From NCBI GenBank assembly GCA_964016885.1, contig OZ024743.1:214706001-214770000 (forward strand): 64,000 nucleotides of DNA. Reading direction: 5' to 3'. The translations under genes were made by a program, and so were the position numbers. Origin of the DNA: Eledone cirrhosa (lineage: Eukaryota). The notes beneath the pieces were generated by a model. That model was not told where the DNA came from and searched no databases. It saw only the letters and a program-made list of their open reading frames with translations. Shown one piece after another: positions 53,811 through 64,000 of this stretch (position 1 is its first letter; each line of letters opens with the position of its first letter).

Positions 53811-53883
53811 ATATATATATATAAATATTTATATATATATATATATAAACATATATATATATATATATATAAATATATATATT

Positions 53884-53959
<76 letters not shown>

Positions 53960-53964
53960 AATAT

Positions 53965-55701
53965 ATCTGGGATCTTAAGGGAGCTTGTATACCATATAGC
54001 CTTAACTGGAGTTTAGTAGCACGATCTAACCACCTTTCTGCACATAGTAAGTTTTGTAATCTCTGTATACTTGAGACACACTCTATTATTTTCTCTAGCG
54101 TACCCTTACTGAATAGAAAGTCTGAGATATTCTCTTCTTGCCCCCATGCAATTTCTAATTCTTACTTTTATTATAAACCCAAATTTTCTAGTAGTACAAA
54201 TAGTACCCATTAGCAGATATATTCCATTACTTAGTTTTTTGTTTGGGTTCTTTTGTTTGCCAACACTATTGTTACCATTGGTTTTTGATGACTCTTCATT
54301 CTAGCTCTCATAATCATTTGGCCACTGTACCATATCTATGTCTTCACTATTACACCTTGTTAGTATAAATAAGATTACACACGTTATTATCTTTATATAT
54401 TCTTTTATTATCATTAACTTTAATTTTTAATTTTAACATTATTTTTATTTTTATTTTTAATTCTATTTATATTTTTATTTCTAAGTCTATTCTGATTTAT
54501 CTATCGAACCCCTCACCCTTCCCCCCATGCACGCATAACCTTATTGTCAACCCCTCTAGATTGAATATGATTATATCTTTTATGCTCTGTTCTATTATTT
54601 ATTATAGTATATCGAATATATGTTATGCCACTTCGCACCCTCCATATATTTTGCCAATTCTCTCCCCATTAGCCTACCTTAACTCTACTTAAGTCAGTTT
54701 TTTAGATATCGTTGCGTGTATGATAGTGTAATTTTATTCCTTTTTGTAAACATTTGTAACGATACATTAAAGTTTATATACTTTAATGACTTAGAATATA
54801 GCTAATTTTATACTACCTTATCGGACGGGTTTGATATTTTTAATATTAATTTATCAGATAGGGTTTGGAGTCATTTAAAATGATCGTTTTCCTTGGTGTT
54901 TACCAAATTTCTTAATGCACGCGAGGCCTAAGTGTGTACACATTTGCTTTGTTTTGTAATTTCCGGTTGATTGTATTTATCTGTTTTATTTACCACTTAC
55001 TGTCTGGCTTCGTTCACTCATCAACACATGTCTGTCTACTAACCTTGAAATTATAAGTATTTATTTATATATTATATGCCAATATTTAAAATATATTACA
55101 TTATGATATAGATCCTTATTACTTACCGTTTATTATATATAATATTAAGATAATTAAACTTTATATTTTTTAATATTTTAATATTTTAATATTTTAATAT
55201 TGTAATATGTAACATTATGGTATTTCGACTTTACATATGTTAGATGTCTATATTTTTTCTGTAACAACATATTTTTTCTGTAACATCATAATTGTTCCCT
55301 GTACCAATATAGTTTTTTTTAGTATTATTGTATTATATTATATGATGGATATTTCCCCATTTATTATGTAACCCAGTATGAATCATGTTGTACATATTGC
55401 TTATGGTAATTGTTAATATAATGTTAACAATTTATCATTGTATTTCACTGTGACATCTATATTGTTTCTGTAAATTAACCGGAGATTATATATATTCTAC
55501 TTTATTATATTGTATTGTATTATATAATTTTGTTGTTTATTATTTATTATAAGTGTTTCTTGTAATTATTGCCTCGTGTATATTGGGTGGATGTGTTAGC
55601 ATTATTTTCACTATTACCATGCTTATTTTTGATATTTTTGATGTTCAAACTTCCAATAGGGCTTAATTTCTGTGTAATAGAAAATAGATATGTGTATTGT
55701 A

Positions 55702-55741
<40 letters not shown>

Positions 55742-56260
55742 ACATATATACATGTATATATTGTACCTTTTGATTTTTGATTTGGAATTTCAGTGTTGGT
55801 ATTGATATATTATTATTATAATGTATTATACTGGGTTATATATAATTCCTGCTCTATATAACCAAATTTGTTTAGATTTAAGTTGGTGACTTTGGACTAT
55901 ATTTGTAATATGGTTCTTAATGTTATCTACATCCTTAGTTATTATAATTTTATTATTTTTATCTTCATTTTTATTATAGTATATCTTTGTAAGACATTAG
56001 TGTATGTAAACTCCATATTCTTCAGAGTTTCTGGCTTGTATCTGCCGAAATTACCTCTTGTTGTTTTGATTGCCCTGATGAGTCCTTAATAGGACGAAAC
56101 ATTGTCGGCTAATAAACACTTTTGATGTTTTAAAGGATTCTTTGTTTTACTCTCTTAATTTTTCGGCTCTGTTTAACTGCATTGAGCTATACCTTTTATT
56201 GTCATTTCTATAATACGAAGAGGGTGTTTGAATCAAACACGCTCCAGTATTCTAATCCTT
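53965..56260 (+). mobile_element. 5'-truncated PLE family H: EN C-terminus plus about 2 kb 3' UTR, between TA tracts
   Basis: 53965-54177 translates to [37 protein letters not shown] (not in the ORF track); hammerhead near the end. Confidence 0.82.
56069..56113 (+). ncRNA. Canonical minimal type I hammerhead ribozyme
   Basis: ATTGCC-CTGATGA-GTCCT-taat-AGGAC-GAAAC-att-GTC-GGC(T)AAT. Confidence 0.9.
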
Positions 56261-56272
56261 ATATAAATATAT

Positions 56273-56307
<35 letters not shown>

Positions 56308-56357
56308 AATATATATATATATTTATATATATACATAAATATATTTATATATATATA

Positions 56358-56475
<118 letters not shown>

Positions 56476-56503
56476 TATATATTTATATATATTTATAAAT
56501 ATA

Positions 56504-56536
<33 letters not shown>

Positions 56537-56549
56537 TTATATATATTTA

Positions 56550-56640
<91 letters not shown>

Positions 56641-58272
56641 TATATATATATTTATAAATATATATATATTTATATATATTTATAAATATATATATATATA
56701 TATATATATGGAAAGTTATATTTAAATTGTTGGGTTACAACTAGTAAATATTTATAACTGATATAAAAGCACTCAACAAGTATTTGGAGTATATTTACGA
56801 TATTAAATAAATGGAAACTATATTTATAAAACCATATTTATTTCATTATATATATTTCAGGGATATCATATTAACAATATGTTATGCCTTCCTCAGACAA
56901 AATACAATATAGACAGTTTTATAGATAAATAGATTTGACATACCGTTCAACATCGACTTGTATTTGAGAAAGTTGATTTGGCAGAGAAAAATTGTAAACG
57001 GAAAGAAAGAAAGAGAGAAAGAAGGAAAGAAAGAAAGAAAATGAAGAAAAAGAAGAAAAAGAAGAAATGCATGTAACAAAATAGAGAGATGGAAAGATAG
57101 ATACAGAGAAGAACTTCATGTAAAGAAACAGAGAGAGATATATATAGAGAGAGAGGAAATAGTTAGAGATAGATATATATAGAGAAAAGTAGGTAGTTGG
57201 AACGTATCAATGATACATTTATTTATTTATTTATTTATTTATTTAGCTCTAGTATTAATGTAAGGGAGATATATGTGGTTAGGGAAGAAACCAGCCGTTA
57301 TATAGAGAGAAAAAAATGAAAAGTAACCAGACATATGCGAGGCATAATTTAATAAACCCTATGTTTTAAGGTAGAAGTATTAATACGTATAAAAACCAGG
57401 CGCTATAATGTAAATATCAGTATTCCTGAATGAGACACGTATCCATAATGTGTGAAAAGTAATGATCTTATGTTTAGTTTTAAAAATTCCTATGTTTATA
57501 TGATAACTACAAACATCGATGTGAATTTACGTGATCAATTCCGCAAATCCCTATTTCACACGGAGAACATTCTCATTGTGCTATAAAATTTAAGTATACA
57601 TATATGTGTATATATATACACATATATATAGAGTCTATATTAATTTTAACAATACTATTCTTGTCTTTACTCTACATGATTATCTATCAAGCAGAAAAAG
57701 AGAACAGATTTCAATATATTAATAAAAAAATATCAGAAACAAAAACAAAAAAATAATAATGATAATAATAATAATAATAAATAATAATAAAATAGAAAGC
57801 TAAAAAATAAAAAATAAAAAATATTACAAAAAAATATTACATATTAAAAATAAAAATATTAGAAAATATTACAATAATAAAAATAAACCACAAAGATCAA
57901 CCCTTCAAAATTAATTGACAATATATTGCCAAGTTCATTATAAGCATCAGAGTCGAAAACAGATAAAGCTAAAAATTATTTATCAAATCGCGTCTAGCAA
58001 AAATCATTTCAAAAAGTTTAGGATGCCCATTTGGTCTACATGTATTCTTATATTTAATATAGAAGTTTATCTAGTGTAACGTTTATTCGATATTTTTGGA
58101 GCATCAACTTTTAGGGTAGTTTAATTTTTCATGAAGAATGTTTAAATAAAAATAAAAATAAAAATAAAAATAAAAATAAAAATAAAAATAAAAATAAAAA
58201 GAAGAATAAAAAGAAGAAATCGAAAGATTTATCGGCTAGTTTCCCAAATAATTATAAAACAAACTAAATATA

Positions 58273-60482
58273 CTACATTTTAAATTTAAATTTATATTTA
58301 AATGTTGAGTTTAATCTATGTTTGCAGCAACTGAATAAATTTGTCCGTAGATTAAGGGAATTTTTAGATTTTAGTATAAAGAATATCTCCTCTGCGCAGA
58401 GGTCACATGTCTCAGAGGATGAATTAAAAGGAATCCCTCTTGAGACTATATTCCAAGCCGTCGAATATCTAACGTTATCTAGCTTAAGTTGCCAGAGTAC
58501 GCCTGATAGTGCTGTAGAAGATTTTTTGCTTGGATCTGTGAAAGAATTCTTGTGGTTATTATTTAAATTCCGTCGATGTGGAACCGACGTAGTTAAAAGA
58601 ATTAGAGTCAGTTTTAACATTACAATTGTATATTATATTTTTAACTAAGCAGTTGTTATTTAACGGACATTTAGATCTATCTCTACAGTTACATGTGTTA
58701 ACTTGTATATTATTTATGCTATTATCACTAGGTTTTAAGTTCCTATTATTTATTCTATTAATATTTTGTGCTAAATCTTTGGTGGATGAGTAGGTTAATT
58801 TTATAGTATGTCTATTGAACATTGAGTGATACCTATGTGTTCTAGGGAAGCGATTATCAAGAGCTTTGAAAAATAGTTTAGCGATGTGGGTTTTAATGTT
58901 TAGTGAGAAGGGGGGGGGGGGCAAACCAAATTATGTTCCTAGTTCTATTTCTTTTTTGGCTTTTGGAATTATTGTAATGCTTTCTATTATATTTGTTAAG
59001 GTTGTTCCCGTAATTAAAATAGTTGTTATTTTGTTTAGTTTGTCTATCATTATCTATGTACATAATCTTATCACTATATCCTGCTCTAGCTAACGCTTCA
59101 TCGTAGTACTGGGCTTTTTCGTCGAAAATCTTTCTATTAGACGAGATTCTAGAGATACGTTTTTGAACAGAGTTTACTATAGTGTTTTTGACAGATCTGG
59201 GGTGGTTAGAGTTAAAGCTGACATAGTTTAAGTTTTCATTCAACTTGTGAAATGGATAGTGAAGACATGTGTTGAGATTTAATGTTATATCTAGGAAATT
59301 GACTATTCTATGGTTGTTCTCAATTTCTATTTTAAGATTAAAGTAATTAAAAAATTGTGTAATTTGTTTTCTTTTTCTATTTAGTTCAGAGTTATTATTA
59401 TCAATATGTAAAAGCATGTCATCTCTATATAAACCTCCGGTAGTACCAGGTATTTTCCTATGTAGCGAATTGATTAAAAATAAGCCCACAAGGTCAGTTA
59501 CCTGAGCTGAGTCGGATGATCCCATAGTAATGTCAAAATTGCTATCTCTATCTGCTCTGGTCCATAGTTGGTCATTAAATTCTATCAATGTTTTCCTAGC
59601 CGATAATATAATGTGCATGTCATTGCTAGTTAGGTCTGTATGTTTGAATGCGTAATTTAGTGCCTTATTTAGTAGATTAGGGGTAATAGAAGAATAATAG
59701 TTAGCAATATCAAGTTGAATAAACTTATTATTACTGTTATATTTAATTTGCTTAAACCACTCAACAACCTCTCCAGTTCCCTTCCACAAGCTCAGGTTAG
59801 GTAAACAATCCAAGTTCTTAATTTGCTGTATCACCTTGTCAAGAATGTTTTTGCTTAATTTGCCCAGGCCCGATTTTGATGGTGCGATCAATCTAACTGG
59901 CAAATCATTTTCAAAATTCCTTTTGTGATCTTTCATATTGATCTTCGGTTTCCTGGGCACGAAAGGTTGTGTTCTGTTCTCAATTTCCAACTCGTGCATT
60001 ATACAAGATGCTTCGACATTCATTTTCTCAAGCTCGGCTTTATCTGCTACCTTGTACTTTTTCCTCAGTTCCTTCAGTATGAGGCCATTATACATGTCTT
60101 TCTGCACTCCATAGAGGTTGTTGGTCTTGTCAGATTTCACCAAGATCTTCTCAGTTTTCTCTAAGCTCTCAATATTATCCTTAATGCCTTTCAGATATGC
60201 CTGGCCTTTGAAGTTTCTCTTGAATTTGACCCCTTGTATGATAGAAATTATATCGTTTTCAAAGTCAGATAAAAGTTTGTTAGGGGGTGGATTTCTTTTA
60301 GATTTGAAAACTTTGTTTAAGTCCGAGACATTTTCATTTATATTAGATTTATCAAAGTGGAATGCTCGCCACCTGATTCTCCTTATAAAAGAGTCAGATT
60401 TATCTATTAATTGTTTCATAAAGTCTTTGTTTCTAGGTATATGTATGTCTTTTAAAGAGGAAGTAATCTTAAAGAATTCCAT
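58273..60482 (-). pseudogene. Family C RT-GIY-YIG; frameshift in a G-run (about 58910-58921) and an 8-nt deletion (about 58561)
   Basis: ORFs of 529, 121 and 115 aa. The copy at 42421 retains CTTCGCTA (FKLRYNNH). Confidence 0.9.
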
Positions 60483-61505
60483 GTTTTCAGTTATAATATA
60501 ATGCGCTCAACAGTATTGGAGCAAGATACATGGAAAGTTATATTTAAATTGTTGGGTTACAACTAGTAAATATTTATAACTGATATAAAAGCACTCAACA
60601 AGTATTTGGAGTATATTTACGATATTAAATAAATGGAAACTATATTTATAAAACCATATTTATTTCATTATATATATTTCAGGGATATCATATTAACAAT
60701 ATGTTATGCCTTCCTCAGACAAAATACAATATAGACAGTTTTATAGATAAATAGATTTGACATACCGTTCAACATCGACTTGTATTTGAGAAAGTTGATT
60801 TGGCAGTGAAAAATTGTAAACAGAAAGAAAGAAAGAGAGAAAGAAGGAAAGAAAGAAAGAAAATGAAGAAAAAGAAGAAAAAGAAGAAATGCATGTAACA
60901 AAATAGAGAGATGGAAAGATAGATAAAGAGAAGAACTTCATGTAAAGAAACAGAGAGAGATATATATAGAGAGAGAGGAAATAGATAGAGATAGATATAT
61001 ATAGAGAAAAGTAGGTAGTTGGAACGTATCAATGATACATTTATTTATTTATTTATTTATTTAGCTCTAGTATTAATGTAAGGGAGATATATGTGGTTAG
61101 GGAAGAAACCAGCCGTTATATAGAGACAAAAATGACCACATATATCTCCCTTACATTAATACTAGAGCTAAATAAATAAATAAATAAATAAATGTATCAT
61201 TGATACGTTCCAACTACCTACTTTTCTCTATATATATCTATCTCTATCTATTTCCTCTCTCTATATATATATCTCTCTCTGTTTCTTTACATGAAGTTCT
61301 TCTCTTTATCTATCTTTCCATCTCTCTATTTTGTTACATGCATTTCTTCTTTTTCTTCTTTTTCTTCATTTTCTTTCTTTCTTTCCTTCTTTCTCTCTTT
61401 CTTTCTTTCTGTTTACAATTTTTCACTGCCAAATCAACTTTCTCAAATACAAGTCGATGTTGAACGGTATGTCAAATCTATTTATCTATAAAACTGTCTA
61501 TATTG

Positions 61506-61571
61506 TATTTTGTCTGAGGAAGGCATAACATATTGTTAATATGATATCCCTGAAATATATATAATGAAATA
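61506..61571 (+). ncRNA. Type I hammerhead of family C pLTR (7 copies in the window)
   Basis: TATTTTGT-CTGAGGA-AGG..CATATT-gtt-AATATG..CCT-GAAATA-ta-TATA-ATGAAATA. Confidence 0.68.
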
Positions 61572-61662
61572 AATATGGTTTTATAAATATAGTTTCCATT
61601 TATTTAATATCGTATATATATATATATATATTTATATATTTATATATATAATTATATATATT

Positions 61663-61700
<38 letters not shown>

Positions 61701-61900
61701 TATATATATATATTTATATATATATATATTTATATATATATATTTATATATATATATTTATATATATATAAATATTTATATATATATATTTATATATATA
61801 TATTTATATATATATATTTATATATATATATTTATATATATATATATTTATATATATATATTTATATACATATATTTATATATATATATTTATATATACA

Positions 61901-61945
<45 letters not shown>

Positions 61946-61946
61946 T

Positions 61947-62362
61947 GGATTAAATGCTCTGAAATAGCGATATATATGTGAAGATAGACATAGAATATTC
62001 GAAAATATTCTGTATGTTTATAATAAACATTTTGAAGACCTAATCGCTATAGAATAGAATACGTCACGTATTACAATTAGATTCTCGATAAAAGCAAGGG
62101 AAGTAACCTACGCGTTTCATTCTCATTAGAAATCTTCAGGATTACATATCCAGTGCTTTTATCGAGAATGACACAGCTAGAGACTTATAGAATACTTAGC
62201 TGTGTACAGGAACTGGTTTGAAAGAGCGGTTGCCGGTCCGGCAGAAATTAGAAATTGGATTAAATGCTCTGAAATAGCGATATATATGTGATTAGCGATT
62301 AGGTCTTCAAAATGTTTATTATAAACATACAGAATATTTTCGAATATTCTATGTCTATCTTT
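61947..62362 (-). mobile_element. Retrozyme-like element: 310-bp unit with 35-bp terminal redundancy plus inverted arm 62293-62361, in (TA)n
   Basis: 61947-61981 equals 62257-62291; the arm is the reverse complement of 61981-62049. Confidence 0.82.
62103..62145 (-). ncRNA. Minimal type I hammerhead
   Basis: GTAATC-CTGAAGA-T-TTCT-aatg-AGAA-T-GAAAC-gc-GTA-GGTTAC. Confidence 0.8.
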
Positions 62363-62376
62363 TATATATATACATT

Positions 62377-62413
<37 letters not shown>

Positions 62414-62416
62414 TTA

Positions 62417-62521
<105 letters not shown>

Positions 62522-62567
62522 GGAGAAGAAGTTTATGAAATGGAAATGCGGGCATACAGAATTTATT

Positions 62568-62684
62568 AGATAACAATTGTTTCTATAGTGTATGGGTTAC
62601 CTATACCTCGCTATTTGAATAATATAACAATATTATCATAAACTGAAGGTACACTGTAAGCAAACACACCATGTCGTCAGACCT
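62568..62684 (-). ncRNA. Type I hammerhead with long stem II (family F)
   Basis: AGGT-CTGACGA-C-ATGGTGTGT...ATACACTAT-A-GAAAC-aatt-GTT-ATCT. Confidence 0.68.
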
Positions 62685-63090
62685 TTGTATTGGAATGACA
62701 TGAAAATATTTTATACACTAGATAAAAGAGAAAGAAGAAGGTAGGAAGAGAAGGGGAAGAGGGAAGTGAGTAAGGTGGAGGGAGTCCTAGCATTTAAGAC
62801 TGTCAGACTAGTAGAGATTGTAAGGAGAGAATGTTTTGGCAGCAGTTAGCTTAATGAGGCGTGTTTGGTTTGGCGGGGGAGGTAAATTCTTCTAGTGGTG
62901 TTGTTCGGACAAAATTCAGTGAATGGGGTCAAAGTGGTACAAGTTACAGACAAGTTATTAGGGCTATTATAGTAGGTCATTTCTAAAGGGGTCCAGAAAA
63001 CAGTGTTTAGTACTATTATTATAGAAAGCCATATCTTGTGTATAAACATATAAAACAGAAATTTGCAAACGGTGGTGTAAAATGGTAACA

Positions 63091-64000
63091 TTATATGCAT
63101 TTAAAAAAAGAAAAATTCGTTTTCAAACGATGGTTCCAGTACAGTGAACGTTCAATTTTGCTGTTCAAAAGTTTGTTTACCGACGTTAAAATGCAGTATA
63201 TCTCCAAATTGCATAATTTGCAGAATCGCTGATTCTGCTTATATGCAGGCGCAGCTGCAATAATTTGCCAATGAAGGGAGAATGCTTGATTGTTCCTCTG
63301 GAGCTGCCAGGCTTTATCGGCGAGGGTTGTTACGGAGCGCATTTTCTCGTGCCTGATCGAAGATCGATGTTGGTATAGGCGAGCTTTGAAAGAAGTTGCG
63401 GTACATCCGACGTAATACCATTTGTTGGTTCCGGAATTTATTGTACATCGGTAGACAATATTGCGTGCTAGGCATTGGTTATTCAGTGGGCACGTACCTG
63501 GTTTGGTGCAGTTACAATTATTGTTATGTTTTGCAGTAGAATCCTGGATAGTTTGGTGGGGTTGTAGTTGCGTGTTAGTGCGTTGTATTTTGTTATGCTG
63601 GGGCGCTGAGTCATTAGGGATGTACTTATTTAGTATTGCTGAGTTGAGTTTTTTAATTAGTTGTTCTATGTTAGGTGCAGTGGAGTATGAGAGTCTAATG
63701 GTGCGCGAGTTAAAGTTTTTATAGTATTTATGTGAAGTTGTAAAATGTTTATTGATTAGTGTATAGAATTGTGAGATAATCTTAGTGCTAATAGAAGTAT
63801 TGTACACGGGGTTATACCATATGTACTCTCTACGTCTGACTCTATTTGCTGGTTTGAACCTATTAGTATGCCTATTGATGTGTGTGTGTGGTGCAATACT
63901 AGTTCGACTTAGATGTGTTTTATTCATAGTACTTATGTGGTTATCGTCTAGATATTCTATTTTCTCTCAGTAACCAGCTTTTCTAAGTGCTTCATTATAA
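63091..64000 (-). CDS. Family F thumb/linker + GIY-YIG (partial)
   Basis: Homologous to the C-termini of families C, D and E. Confidence 0.75.

Larger units (their letters stand above)
56710..61613 (-). mobile_element. Full-length PLE family C: upstream pLTR 60531-61134, ORF, about 1.56 kb 3' UTR, inverted arm 61135-61613
   Basis: Direct repeat starting at 56710 and 60532; inverted repeat; TA flanks. Confidence 0.93.

Overview
AT-rich, gene-free eukaryotic DNA, probably octopus/cephalopod (inferred from an OK/Meta-type tRNA SINE and dense (TA)n/(CA)n microsatellites). No host protein gene is recognisable, and most ORF-track entries are microsatellite noise. The window is dominated by at least 8 distinct families of Penelope-like retroelements (PLEs; RT plus C-terminal GIY-YIG), including one apparently intact ORF (50440-52881, minus). 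It also holds several short non-coding elements, a decayed hAT-like DNA transposon, a solo LTR, SINEs and old LINE remnants. Main pattern: about 16 insertions, coding and non-coding alike, sit in (TA)n tracts as fold-backs in which BOTH outer ends are element 3' ends, usually one long and one short, joined to the TA tract by TA/TAT microhomology. Nearly every family carries its own type I hammerhead ribozyme, several of them atypical (about 90-120 nt stem II, long stem III, core variants). Apparent passengers of this machinery include three retrozyme-like units (about 310, 430 and 550 nt), a mini hairpin family and a tRNA-headed SINE-like element. All structures were read by eye; clade names and ribozyme activity are untested.
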